Below are positions 51,016-64,000 of a DNA stretch of 64,000 bases, piece after piece (position 1 is the first letter of the stretch; each line of letters begins with the position of its first letter). The translations under genes and the position numbers were made by a program. The stretch comes from Eutreptiella sp. 'Long Island Sound 2002' (Eukaryota > Protista > Euglenida). The stretch is taken from contig OZ038378.1 of NCBI GenBank assembly GCA_964036045.1, positions 45,260,001 to 45,324,000 on the forward strand. The letters run 5' to 3'. The notes below the pieces were generated by a model. It was not told the DNA's origin and did not search any database. It saw only the letters and a list, made by a program, of their open reading frames with translations.

Positions 51016-53650
51016 CCGCCTTAGGACTTTGCATCCCTACCATAGGGCCGCGTGCCAAGTGCCAAGCCCCCCCAAGACAAGGCCTGAGCACCGCCCTCTG
51101 GGCAATGTAGTAACAGTGTCCGGTCTATGAGTGGTCCAGCACTCAGCATTAGCACCGGGGATCCCGCTCCCCCGTAGTACCGGCCCCATGGACCCCGGGA
51201 AGCATGCAGCGACCCATAGAGAAGCCGTCCGACACAGCCTCCCCTTCCCCTCCCGCCGCCTCACCATCCGTCCACAGTTTGGCGTTGGGTACCAGCCAGC
51301 AACCCCTAGACAGGCCGGCCAGCACGGCCTCCCATTCTCCTCCCCACATACAACCCCTCCAACTGCACTGCTTACCCTCCTGGTGGTGCCCACTCAGCCT
51401 CCCCTCCCATGCCCGCCTAACCCATACTCTTCATGCCTGCACCCCTACCTCCTTATCGCTTCCCGCATGCAATCAAGCGGAGTGGGGGCTCACGTAAGGA
51501 GTCTCAAGGGGCATAGGTGGGGAAGTCCAACACACTTCTGGCCCTTGAGTTGCCGGATGCTGAGACGGAGGTCCATGCCGGAAAGGGGTGCAATTTTGGG
51601 GTCACGAACGTGTGGTAGGGCACAAGGAGTAAACACCGCACATTGATGCCCAGGTTAGGGTCAGGGCTAGGGCTAGGGTTCGCCCACGCATGGTCCCAAC
51701 CCAAGCTCCCTTCCTCCCCTTGCACCCGTGACCCCCCCCCCCCCTCCACGCTTATCATGGTTGGGGAATGCTAAGTCCGCCTACAGAGCACCCAAATGCC
51801 CATAGATATGATTGTGCAAATCCGAACCCTCTACGTGAACAAGGGAGCGGTCCACAAACCAGTGGAGGGGCACCTTGTGTGCCTTGTGTGGTTGAGGTTC
51901 TACAAGCCTTGCCTTGCCACGGTTGTGAAAATGGGATCAATCCACAAAAGAGTGGATGAGCACCGCTCCCGTATTGCCCTACCCCCTGTTCGTTGTTGCT
52001 GAATGCCTATCCAATAGATATAGATATCAAACAAATTGGAGGTATGGAAGTACAAGGCCCCCCGGCCACCACCCCAAAGGCCACCCGGGAGGGGTTAACA
52101 GCCCCTACACCACCGTGGGAAGCCCCAGCCAGCCGCTGGCCACTGCTGACAGGGCACGCACCTGAGCGTAAAATGAGCGAACTAACACACACCAAAAATA
52201 ACTAATTGTAATAATCCTCGACCCATCTCCATCATTTGTGTTTCTCAGTGAGTGGGCGTCCCTAGATGAGTCTCAACATACTTGAGTGAAGGAAATATGA
52301 CGCCTAAGCGCTATGCACTAGCTATGTGACGGGGAGGCGCCTCCGCCTTCCTTGCATCCTCGGGAAGGACCTAGCATATCCCGTGCCAAGCTCTTGACCA
52401 CTTGCCCCAACCCTTCTCTCCGGGCACTGCACCCTCCGGCATCCTTTTCTCTACATCCTCAATACAAGGCCTGAACACCACCCACACAACCGACCACACA
52501 TTTAGTGTCTAAGGGCCTGAACCCGATTCAAACGACAAGGCAAAAACCCTCGTGATATGGAGTAGCTAGAGGTCCCAACGGAGGGAACCCTTGTCCGCAA
52601 GGCGGGATATGGCACTCCTTGCATAACAACACCTTGTTGCTTGCTCCCATGGCACAAACACGGCGGTGTGGTGAACCGTGGGTGTAGGGGGATTGCGTCT
52701 GCCGTAGATGCGGTTCGAGACTCGTGCGGGAGCATGCCTGACCCTCTACTTGCCTTGGAGAGACACACCGCTGCTGGTTTGGAGTTGTAAACAGAAAAGG
52801 TGATCTCTCACGCGGACAGGGCAACACTATCCCCCCATGCCGCTCCAAAAGTTGCGACCACAGGCACAGTGGGGCCATCGGTCCTCGGGGCCCGTGATCC
52901 CGCGCATTCTAGGGGCTACACCCCCGCCGGTACTCCAACAGCTATGACGACTAGCTCGCTGGGGCATTCCATCGCCCTAGCGCATGATGCCACTGATGGT
53001 GCTTCAAAAGCTGCCACCCCTAGCTCAGTTGGACATTCCATTCCCCCAACCGGTGGTTCCAAGCTTTTTGGAGCCTACGATCCCACTCTAGAGCTCCAAA
53101 AGCCGCAACACTTAGGAGGCCCATAGTGCCCCCTGTCGTTTTTGGAAAAAAAAATGATATCTTGCACACACTGCAACCTTTTTGCTTCATGGGCAAGCGT
53201 AAAGGAGGGGGTGGTTTCAGCCTGGATGTGGGGGGGGGGGGGGCAGCGCCACACAATTTAGGGGTGGGAAGCGGCAAAAAAGTAGCAGTTTGCGCCCCCA
53301 AAGCTTGTGAACGCGGCCACTGTACTTTTTGCTTTCGGGGATTGAAATACAAAAAGGGACAAACAACGTGGTAAAACTATGTTCTGCGACTGAGTATGAC
53401 AAACGGAGCACATGTTTGTTACCGGCACGTGGTGTGGTTGTCAAGGCAAATGTTGCAATGCGCGGACAATGATGACCGCATTGCGACCACCTGTGAAGAC
53501 CGGTTGGGCAATGTACCCAAGAACAACAAAGAAGTCCCCCTCTGACAAGTCAGGGTGAAAAGAAGCATTTCTGGCAAGTTGGGCTCCGCACAGCCCTTAC
53601 CACGGAAATCCACTAGAAACTAGGGTACGAATAAAGGGATGTATACCAAC

Positions 53651-54079
53651 TAAGGTTTGGAACCTGCTAGTTTTGAAAACAACCGGTTTTAAACAATTAT
53701 TTTTACAAAAAAAAAACCGGTTTGGCCGATTAATGGTTTTCAAAATAAACGGGTTTTCCGATTAATTGCCCTTTACTAACCAAAATGTTGCAATCTGCAA
53801 AAGAGAGCTCATACAAGTCGGAGCACAATGATCAAAACAACGTCGGAAGTTGCAATTCACCATCGGCCATCGCTTATTGCTACCAAAGCCTCTGATTAGT
53901 GCAAAAATTCCACAAAATGTACTGCCCAAAAGAACCCGATAAATTTGGAACCATTCCGATTCATTGGTTTAAATCGATTTTCAAAATAACCTGTTGTGCC
54001 AATTGTTTCGAAAATAATCTCCGATGATTGCCGATAACCGGTTTTCCCGATTAATTGGTAAAACGGGTTCCGAGCCCTA
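53651..54079. mobile_element. hAT-type MITE, same family as 8603-9066
   Basis: TAAGGTTTGGAACC...GGTTCCGAGCCCTA with exact 8-bp TSD ATACCAAC (53643-53650, 54080-54087) and shared subterminal sequence. Confidence 0.9.
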
Positions 54080-55399
54080 ATACCAACGCGACACACTACA
54101 ACCACACATGTAGTACCGGGGTCCGAAATAGCAAACTGCCACTAGATCGGCTATGCAAAACCTAGACCCATGGAAACAACAGAAAACAGGCATTAATTAC
54201 GATAACCATTAACACAACCGGACCATCAGTCAGATGTGGTGCTGGAGACCGTTAGCGGCGCATTGTATGCCCCCCCCCCCCACCCTACCCCAACTGCAAT
54301 CCTTTCATATACCAAAGACCGCCAACCATAGACACAACAAGGTAGCATCGCGACATACTAGTCGAGCATTGCAAAGCACATACAAAGCAATGGCTACAAA
54401 TTGTACACTCCTTCACATGTGACATAGGAGGTCCGTTGAACTTGGGAATTCTTGTCGTACTGACTACAGATTGATGTCTCCCGACATGTGGTTCACAAGC
54501 ACCTGCTAACTCCTAGATACCTTGCCCGTTCCCCCTTCTAAATGTAGAGCAAATGAGGAAATATGATTCACCTCTGGTTCACACGAACGAAATCTGGTCA
54601 TAGATGGCTTCGAAAAATATATCAGGGCACAATGAGCAGTGGTAAAGTAGTGCCCAAAATACGCAATGTCAACCACTGAAGGAATTGAAAAAAATCATCG
54701 CACACACCAATACAAGTGGGTCGCACAATGCAGCACAAAATGTACCATGGCCCAACAAGTAGTGGCAAAGCTGTGCGCAGCATACAAAGTAGAAAATGGA
54801 CTCTCGGTACACTGGGCAAAGTACAAATAGGCAGACACATGCGTGTGAGCTGTGCACGGCCCAGGACCGGGTAACAAACATTTTCAGGGCTCAACTCAAG
54901 GTACATAGTGTACCTAGGGTCTGCAGTGCCTAGGATATTAAAAAAAAAGCACATAAGTAGAGTAGCTGGGATTCACAGACATAAACTTGGCACAGTGGAT
55001 CCGACTATATCATGGGTAGACACAACAACCCATACACCTTGTCAGCGAGGGATATGCGAAAAGAAATGCTGAGTCAAAATCAGCCCTCTTGCAATTAAAC
55101 TCACAAGGATAGTGTTGTATTGTCGAAACAAGGGCAACGCTGGAACCCTCCGAACAGAATTCAATGTTGAGTCAAATGGTATGCTTGGCTCTGCAGAGGC
55201 CAGTAGCACAAATTACGTGACGTTTGGGGCAAATCAATCAAGTCTGAGAGGCTCAGCTGTGCACATCCAAGGTCAGTGCAAAATGAAAATTTGACCTCAA
55301 AATTCAATCGCAAAGACATACAGAGACAAACTAGGCACTTCACTCACTGTCCTATTGGTGGAACAACTGTTCCGGTTTGCACATGAGAGGCTCGTTGAC

Positions 55400-57060
55400 A
55401 CCAAGCATTCAGACCTCCTGCATGGTCACACAAATTGAGAGAGTCATATGTCCGTTGTGGTCCAGCACAGCCATGCCACCGGTGCTGCCTGGGCTTCAAA
55501 CTCACTTGCCACTTGTCTTGCCCCCCCTCTTGGGCACTCCAACGCTCACGCCACATGCCAGGGTAGCGTGCAACCCCTCGGCTGTGCGCTTATTTTGAGC
55601 CGGGGAGGTTGCTGCTGCAGCCGTAGCCAACTTGTCCTCCTCTTCCTTCCTCTTTCGGTTGGCTCGTTCGGCCTCTTTGGACTTCTTCTGTTTCTCCTTC
55701 TCCTCCTTTTTGCGCGACTGCTGTTGCGCCTCCTCCCGCTTGTAGAACTCCCGCTCAACCCTCTCTTGCTCGGTTTGCCGCGGTTTGTCGTGTTTCTCCT
55801 TCCCCCTTGGCGGGAGGGTTTGCGGACCCGTCACCTCGATTTCTTTGTCACTATTGTCCGTATCACTTGCCTTTTCAGAGTCCTCCTACTGCTAGAACGG
55901 CGGCTGGCCTATGCTTGCCCACTGCATGATGCTCCGCCACTCACCATCCTCCTCTGTGTCCCCTTTCCGGACGATTGTCTTCGGTAGACTCACCACATCA
56001 GCTACATTCATTCATTCCCTGATTCATTCTGTGGCAGCTTATGGGCAAGCCCGCGTGTGTTCAAATAGAAAGATTATTGTATAGTGAAGTATGAAAAAGT
56101 TGCTGGATGTGTACACTTGATTGTGGCATAAGAAGACTGGAGCAGAGAGTAATCTTAGTCAGGATGTGAGTGGAATAGATTCAAGAAATATTCGGGTGCG
56201 TGCAATGTATTATGAAGTGGATCCGCTTTTTGTACTTTGTGTGTGTATTGAAAATTGTTCCACGCCTTTCGAAAATTTTTGTTGGTGGATTGTGCGCTGT
56301 TGAATTTGGAATATATACTGCAGAGTTTGTTTGTTTTTCTGTGCTAAGGATACATTGACCAAAAAACTAAAAAATCCTTTTTGGCAATCGCTTACCATTT
56401 CGTTCCGGATTGTGTTGACAAAGACCTTGTTGTCCAAAAGTGCATCAGGCAAGGGCAGGGGATCAGCAACAACAAAGGGATCATTGTGTTCAGAGGTCTT
56501 CCTTAAAATGACCAGGCTTGACTGCTTAACGACTGGTGTGCCGGGCTCACTTACTATCAGGATCTTCTCTGCAGTTGAGTCCTTATGTTCCCTTGTTGGT
56601 TCCTTGCTTTCAGCTCCGGCTACACAGGGAAAAAGTTGGCTGCCGGAGTTGGAAGGACAGGAGGAAAAGTCGCTGGAAATACTAGTGTGGTCAACGAAGT
56701 TGGACAAAGGGACCAAGGATTCTTTGAGAACCCATTTGGCAAGAAGGCAAGGTGTGTTACAATTTTTACGTCAAAAAAACTTCCTTCCTATCTCTGTCTG
56801 TTGGCTTGATTCTTGCGTTCCTCTCTGCAAACTTCACACCGTACGGGCACGTGAAGCCCTTTAGACAAGAACCAACTCTCCCTTGACCTGAGGAGCAAAA
56901 AGGTTAAAGAACCGTCCTTACAAACAACCTAGCGACCAAAACTTGATACATCTTTGAGCGGTTGATGCTGCTCGCTTCATGACAACGTTCGGCGGTGTTC
57001 TCTTAATGAAAGCTCGAGCAACTTCTTGCTTTTTCGCTTTGGTACAACGGACCATTATGT
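55400..57060 (-). pseudogene. Unidentified coding-like relic with a charged K/E/R-rich segment
   Basis: Minus-strand frames at 55502-55834 and 56210-56716 look protein-like, but no family motif was recognised. Confidence 0.25.
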
Positions 57061-57089
57061 GTTGTTCGTTCTTAGTAGCCACATGGCGA

Positions 57090-57900
57090 CAAAGTTCGGC
57101 CCCAAGGCCTACGATCATGCGTCTTTTGGGGGACATCTTCTCGGCCATCGGCCAACATGCACCACACACCAGCACGGTGGGCCACATCATCGTGGCAGCC
57201 CGTGATGCCGCCGCTTTTGGGGGATAACCATACCCTGTAAGCGGCCCAAAGGGTGCAACCATATGCAAAATTGGACATGTCATCCCTCCGCCACGTGATG
57301 CTGCACCTTTTGGGGGAAGGCGACTCCCCAAACAAGCCCCACAAAGTGCCACTACCAACACGGCGGGACACTTCGGCGCCCCGGCCGGTGACCCCGCGCC
57401 TTTTCTGGGACGGCCGCCCCTCAAGGAGCGCCCGTCGGCATGGCGCGACATTTCGTCCCCCAGCCCACGATCACGTGTGAAAAGGTAGTTCGTGGCCGCT
57501 GCTCGTGAATTTACGCTTTTCGAAGGACAGCCAAAGCCTGCAAGCGCCCAATAATGTGCAACCCCCCTCATGTTGGGACATTTTGGCCCCCTGGGCGGTG
57601 ATCCCACGCATTTTTTGGGGGCAACAATCTCCCGCAGACGCCCCGCAAGGTGCAAAAACTGTAATGCCGGGGTACTTTGAACTCTCGATCATGGATCCCG
57701 TGCTTTTTTGGGGGGCGGACGTCCTCCGCAAGTGCCCCACAAGTCGCCAACACTGGCGCTGTAAGACGCTGCGTCCCCCCAGCCCTGCATCCGGCGCCTT
57801 TTGGGAGATAGCCATCGTTCCAAGGCAGCCCATAGGTGGCAAACAACGCCGCAACGGGCTAATTCATGCGCCCCGTGCGCCCACCGGTTGGGGGGACGTG
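57090..57900. repeat. ~85-bp satellite of the 24-27 kb family, mostly inverted
   Basis: CTTTTGGGGGAC / GATCCCGCGCC motifs are reverse complements of the 24-27 kb unit. Confidence 0.8.
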
Positions 57901-58905
57901 GATGCCTGCCCACGAGGCGGCCACTACCCAAAGGGCGCCTAAGGGGGAAATCAGCCCCCATCGGTGCGGGCTTACCGTCGAGGGGGACGGGGAGTCCTGT
58001 CCAGGAGGTGGTCGCTGCCCAAAAAGCGCCTACGGGGGACGGCAGCCCCCATCGGCACGGGCCTACCAGCCGGGGGGACGGGGAGTCCTGCCCGGGAGGC
58101 GGTCGCTGCCTGGGGGGCGCCTACGGGGGGCGGCATCCCCCTGCGGCGCGGGCCTATCGGTTGGGGATGGAGGGTCCTGTCCAGGCGGTGGCCGCTACCC
58201 AAGGAGCGCCTACGGGGGGGCAGCAGCCCCCATTTGCGCGGGCTCACCAGTTGGGCTCACAGGGTGCCTCGCCCAGGACGCGGCCACTGCCCAAAGAGCG
58301 CCTACGGGGGACGGCAACCCCCAAGGCGCGGTTCTTTCAGCCGGGGGCGCAGTTAGTCCCGCCCAGGAGGCGATCTCTGCCCGAAGAACTCCTGCGGGGG
58401 ACGGCAGCCCCCATCGGCGCGGGCCCACTAACCGGGGGGGGCAGGCAGTCCTGCCCAGGAGGCGGTCGCTGCCTAAGGAGCGCCTGCGAGGGACGGCAGC
58501 CCCCATTGGCACGGCCCCACCAGCTGGGGGGACAGGGATCCCTCTTAGGTGGCGGTCGCTGCCTAGAGAGCGCTTGCGGGGGGCTGCAGCGCCCATCGGC
58601 GCGGGCCCACCAACTGGGGGAACTAGGAGTCCTCCCCAGTCGGCAGTAGCTGCCTAATGAGCCCCCCCGGCGCGGGCCCACCGGCTGGGGGACACAGAGT
58701 CATGCCCAGGCGGCGGTCGCCGCCGAAGGAGGGGATGGTAACCCCCAAGAAGGCGCAGGCCCACTGGCTGGGGACAGGGAGTCCTGCCCAGGCGGTGGTC
58801 GCTACCCGTAGAGTGCCTGCGGAGGACGGCTGTATCCATCGGCGCGGGCCCGCCGGCTGGGGAGGGACGGGGAGCCCCGCCCAGGCGGCGGTCGCTATCT
58901 GGTGA
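57900..58905. repeat. ~78-80-bp satellite, a diverged subfamily
   Basis: GCGCCTACGGGGGACGGCAGCCCCCATCGGCGCGGGCC...GTCCTGCCCAGGAGGCGGTCGCTGCC units align by eye with the 85-bp unit. Confidence 0.85.
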
Positions 58906-59889
58906 GTGCCCTACCCGTCTACCCTCCTCCTACCCATCTGTGCCAACTAGTCCTAGGGGGGGCAAGCAGGCAAGGTAGGCAGGCAGTACCGGAGACCATA
59001 ACTCTAGGGTAGCAGTAGTAGGGACTCAACGTGAGTCCACTTAACCACAACCCTAATTTCCGCCGGGGCATAATTCCCGAACAGTGCAGAACTTAGGGTT
59101 CCCTTGGGCAGTTTAAGCCCGCACGGATGCGAAGAGGCGTGACTGCCAGCACTTCCGGTTGGCCCGTCATACCCAGGTGAACTGGGCTCGCCTCAACGCA
59201 GCCGGTTGAGTCCGGCTTTGGGGGGCGCCCTTAACTGGACCTTGGGGAGGCCCTTAAACCCTTAAGCATTAGTTACGGCAGTAAATGCAGTGTGTTTGCG
59301 TTAGTTAGTAATATGTACAAACTTTACCCCGCAGACATGCCCCCTCCCGTGGTGCGCTCACCATTGGGGCTGCCGTTGGGGGATCGGGGGCTGTTACCCC
59401 TCCCGGACGCCCTCCCTGCTGTGGGCGCCGGGGTGGTGGCCAGGGGGCCTTATACCTTACCCATACCCAAAGGATGTTGGTTACCGTTACCAGGGTGTAC
59501 AGCTGGACGGGTGCCCACAGGGGCCGGGCATCAATTAATAAATTTCAAGTTCAATTCCATCTCTATTTACACTCCCACGACAAATCCTTGGCTTGGCCAC
59601 GCAAGGGCGGTGTGGCCTCGAACCGCTCCGCCAGCGGGGCCACGCCGCCCATTCGGGGGACGTTGTGGGCCCCTGCACCGTCTCAAGGAGGGTTTTGCCC
59701 GGCATAGGGCACGACCCATAGGCATCGGAGGGTTCCGCCCAGCATAGGGCACCAACCACAAGTTTCAGTGAACAGGGGGAGGGGGGAGGGTCCTACCGGG
59801 GCGTCCCACCGCTCCCTCTCGCCCTGCGGGTCCCCTCGCTCTCCCCATGACCCGCTTCCCCTTGGCCCCTTGCCCTGCTACCCTCTAAA

Positions 59890-60300
59890 CAAACTTGGCC
59901 GTTGGGGAAGCCCCACTGCGGGGGGCCTCCATGCCGCGACTGGATAGAGGGGAGGGGTGGGCCCAGGGAGGCAGGCTCCTCTCCCGGCCCGTGGTGGTGT
60001 AGCTCCTGCAATGCAGGGGATACACACGGAGGGGGGGCGCAAGGGGGGAACGCGGCGGGGCGGCGGCGGGAGCGCGGTCGCACGCGGGGGGAGGGGGGGG
60101 GGCGCCTTCCCATCACTCCCTCCCTATCCACCTATACCTCCTTGCCTCTCCACGCCCTGTCCCCCCTTGTGCCCTCTGCCCCTCTTTCCCTCGCACACAC
60201 CTGGCCGCGGCGCTGCCGGCGAAGCCCCACTGCAAGGGGGCCTCCACGCCGTCGGCCACGCCGTCTGCGGGTACAGGGGTGCAGGTGGGAACGGGAGGGG
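59890..60300 (+). pseudogene. Possible gag/ORF1-like relic with duplicated zinc-knuckle-like motif
   Basis: GAAGCCCCACTGC-RR-GGGGGCCTCCAYGCCG occurs at ~59908 and ~60221 (PHC.G.LHA), plus WWCSSCNAGDTH. Confidence 0.25.
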
Positions 60301-60639
60301 GGTATAGGGGGCGCACACGGGCGGCGGCAGGCAGCAAGGGGGCACTCAGTGCAGGCGCATGCCACAGCTCTGCGGAGGGTCCTGTGTGCGGGGGGGGCGC
60401 GTTGGGGGGGAGGAGGGGGAGGCTTTGTCAGCCGTCCTCACCAGGGGTCGCTGATCGTTCCCAGAGCCTAGGCGGCCGGTACTCGGGGGCCGCGGGCTCC
60501 CCGGGGGTGGTGTTTGGCAGTCGGGCGTGCGCACACCTGACACTGTTAGTACGCCACCCATAGGGTGGTGCCCGGGCCCTGTCGTGCGGCGCTTCGCACC
60601 TGGCACCCAGCCCATGGGTAGGAACTGGGGAGTACTCAC

Positions 60640-62597
60640 GGTGTGATGTGGTGTGGGGTGGCGTGCTGTGGTGTGCCGAAGGCGCTGTTACCAAAAGGCA
60701 ATGGCCGGGATGTCTACCCACGGGTACAGGTAAACGGGCGGGGCTGTGTGTGTTGTGTGCGCGCCGTGTGTATGTGTGTAGGCCTCGGTGGAGAGAGGGG
60801 GAGTCGGGAAAACCTGGTCGGCTCGCCCTTGGCGACCGTGCTTATTCCAGGAGCTCCCGCTGCACTCCCTCCCGCTCCGCTTGCTGGTGTAGGCGCAGCT
60901 CCTGCAACGCCCACGCCATCGTGCTGCCCGGGCCCAGGCGGGCCTTCAGCAGTGTTGCACGCGCCTTGGCGTGGGCGTACCAGACCCGTATGGACTCCTC
61001 TATGACGTGGCGGAGGAACTCCGTGCCCAGCGCGTGGGGCCCCGTACACTCCAGGTGGGCTAGCTGCATGGAGGGGGTCCGCAAGGCTGCTACCCACTGC
61101 TCCAGCACAGCCGGTTCCCATAGCTGGTGGCGCACTGGGGCCGCCCGTGGCCCCACCTTCTGGTCGAGCCACGCTGCGAGTCGCCGGCGGGCTGGCCCCC
61201 ATTCATGCGATTGAGCCGAGCAGGCCCACAGGTGGGGCGCCGTCTCGGGCTGTGCCCCGCACAGGAGGCACGTGGTATCCAGCACCGTGTCCCGGTGGGA
61301 GGAACGGTGGGCTAGGACGGTCATCGTCGGGACGTTGTCCATTCGGTGCGCCGTGATATGGCGCTGCTGGTCGTGGTCGAACCAGTCTAGGGGGAGGCAC
61401 CCCCTCGACATGAAGTTTACCCCCCAGCGGGCCTCGTAGGTGGCCCGCGCCGGTATGGAGGCCCGATCCTGCAACCAGTCACTCAGCGCCGTCGGGGAGA
61501 GCTGACATTGGTCGCGGTAGGGCACTGGGGGGATAAATGAGTAGGGGCGCCTGAGGAGCCACGTGAGGTCTACCTCCGGCGGCTCCCGCGTCGCCGCGTC
61601 CACACGGACGTTGAGGTCCGTGATCCAATGCGACGGTGTGGTCACCACATTGATGGCGGACCTCGGGGAGAGGCGCTGCCCCCCCAGGACAGTGGCGTAG
61701 AGGTGGTGGATGCCATCTCCGCAGTGCCCTCCTTCCTGGTACGTGCGGAGGGCCCCCACTGCCGCTTCCGAGTCCGGCACCAGCCAGTACACTTCTGGCT
61801 GTGTCGCCAGCCGGCGGGCATATGAGAGGAGGGCCATCGCCTCCCCTTCCTGGGAGGTGCCCACTCCTGAGGCCACCTGGGCCTGGTACGCCTCAGGCCC
61901 GCTCTGGACGACCCCGGCCATGGCCATGCCCGTCTGCGTGGTCCCCGCATCCACCGCCACGACATTGCCGCGGAGGGTCGCCAGCGCAGGCAGGTCATGG
62001 AACCAGACGCCCGGGCGAGTCTCGGGGGCCAGCACTTGTGGGGGGCTGGTCGCCCGGCCGTGTGGCGCCAGAAGGGCCATGTCCCCATGGTGCTCCCTGA
62101 GGTGGGTGCGCAGGGCCTGGTGAAGCTCTGCTGGCACTGCCCCCACCGTATCGAGGGAGTAATAGAGGGGCCCCTTGTGTGGGTGCCCCGGGCATTTGTG
62201 CGCCACACACTCCGCCGGGTACTGGAAATGCGCTACCGCCGCCGGGGCTATGGCTATCCACGGAAACGGCGGCAGCGTTGCGGTGACCGTCACGAGAGGG
62301 GGCTGCGACGTTTTGGCCCAGCGCCAGTAGGCGGCAGTCGGGGGGGTAGCCATCCACACGATGGTGGGCGCCCAGACCCCAGTGCGCTGGAGCTGGGCCA
62401 GGGATTCCTGTCGGTGATCGCCCACAGCTGGGCGTGCAGTGGCGCATCCACCTGCACCTGGACACCCAGGAGGGCCACCAGGAGGCGGTGGAGCCTTGTG
62501 TCGCTGGGCAGGGTGCCCGGGGGCTGCTGGCACACCCGGAGTTCGGGCGCCCAGCCCGCGGTCTCCATGGCGTCCTGCATGGCCGCGGTCACCCGGA
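60640..62597 (-). mobile_element. LINE family B 3' copy (RNase H, zinc finger, 3' UTR, tail)
   Basis: VVAVDAG, SQEGEAMALL, LVPDSEAA, LNVRVDAA (RNase H) and CLLCGAQPETAPHLWAC; homologous to 49100-51015. Confidence 0.9.
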
Positions 62598-64000
62598 GGT
62601 GTGCTGTGGTGTGGTGTGGTGTGGTGTGGTGTGGTGTGATCTTCTTCTTCTTTCTTCACACCGTGGGGGATACTCTTCTTTCTGTACCCCAGGCCTACGC
62701 TCACCTACAATGCGTCACGGAGGACATGTACTCGGTGCTGGAGGTGCGGACTGTGGCCGAGCTGATCCATGACCGCATCTTGCAAATTCAGTTGTGGTGG
62801 GAGCGCGATTTCAAGGTGCCAGCCCTTCACGCATTGCGGTCACATGTGTGGCATATGCCACAATCAGAATTGGACGGGTCGAACCCCCCTCTCCTCGCAT
62901 TGAGCAAGGGTTTTACAACTTTCGGGGCCCTTGCTTCTTCACGGGCTCATGGACACCAACGGGTCGGCCCCACTGGTGCTGGTGCTGGTGCTGGAACCCC
63001 CATGGGCTCATATGTGCTCCCATTGTGACCAAACAATGACCAACGGCAGACCGACCCAGGGGTCATACGGGTGGGTTCTCAATGACATTCAAACTGTTGC
63101 ACTGGAATCATGATTGCGCCTCGGGTGGGTTGAGACCAGGGCCTCGATCGCTTGCACGCTGCCGGAGGTGTTCCACAATGAATTGGGCAGCTTCAGGGTC
63201 CTGCACAACTTGCGTTCTTCGCAAATGGGATATTGAAGATGAGTGGCGGAGCAGAACAACAACCACGAAGCAGCGCCGTTGCCAACGATCACGGATTCCA
63301 TTTGACACGTCGACTCATTTACCTGGGCTGCCATCAGACCAGACCATGGCAAGGTTCCATGTTGACACCCAGGATTTGGGCACTGCACGGTTGTCTGGCA
63401 CATGTGTGGCCGCCGTGTAAGTGACCACTCCCATCAAGCAACCACAAATGTCAGCCCAAACCGGCACCAAGGTCACGCCTAATGTCATCTTTTCGTCATT
63501 CTTCACAAGAGTGGCGTGATTTACTCCCGCCTCCGGATCCACCCCATGCCTTGAGCACTCCCTCCTCTCGCACGTGTTCCCAGCCCATCCCCGCTCCCAC
63601 CACCACATCACACACGCACCCATACACCAAACCCACCCACATTTCCACTGCGACTCCTGCCCCTACACCCACGCTGCGTAACACACACCCAGTCCCACCC
63701 CATCCCCTCCACCGCTGCCTGTTTCCGCCTGCACATGGGTCCTCCAGGGCGCTTTTGACTTCTTCCACGAGCACATTCGCTGGTATAAGCGCATGGGGAT
63801 GGACAATGGACCTCTGCAGTCCGCATCCAACCAGATCCTGAGCGCCACAGACGCCCTCCGGATGCACTCCGCGGTCGCAAACCAGTACGAACGCTTTGGG
63901 GACAACTTGAACTCCCTGAACATTGCGTATTCGTGGACGGTCACCTCGTGCCCTGGGTACTACTATCATGCGGCTGCCGAGGCCATGCAGCAGCAGGTGA
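62598..64000 (-). mobile_element. 3' portion of another decayed non-LTR-like element (family C) ending in (CACAC)n
   Basis: Not collinear with family B upstream of 49100; decayed coding frames end in GAAGAAGAT followed by the (CACAC)n tail at 62598-62638. Confidence 0.55.

Noticed and set aside
62400-62704. N-terminus of the 620-aa ORF 60842-62704
   Set aside because: Chimeric: it reads through the family C tail and an off-frame part of family B; only the portion below ~62400 is real pol frame.

Overview
Eukaryotic genomic DNA from a transposon-rich genome; the organism cannot be identified from the sequence. One host gene is recognisable: the first three coding exons of a TRAPPC11 (foie gras/gryzun) homologue at 18604-23101 (+). 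No fourth exon was found in the remaining ~41 kb. The rest is nested mobile DNA and satellites. (1) A decayed chromodomain Ty3/Gypsy element whose pol carries a DIRS-type adenine-methyltransferase-like domain between protease and RT. (2) A MULE element with TIRs, an intron and an internal ~202-bp array. (3) A Helitron 3' end. (4) Three non-autonomous hAT-type elements with exact 8-bp TSDs. (5) At least three non-LTR retrotransposon families, two with RNase H. (6) A 5.3-kb TIR DNA transposon (32712-38035) inserted cleanly into a LINE pol; it encodes a RAG1/Transib-like transposase plus a second gene and has at most a 2-bp TSD. All protein assignments come from motifs recognised by eye; no searches were run.
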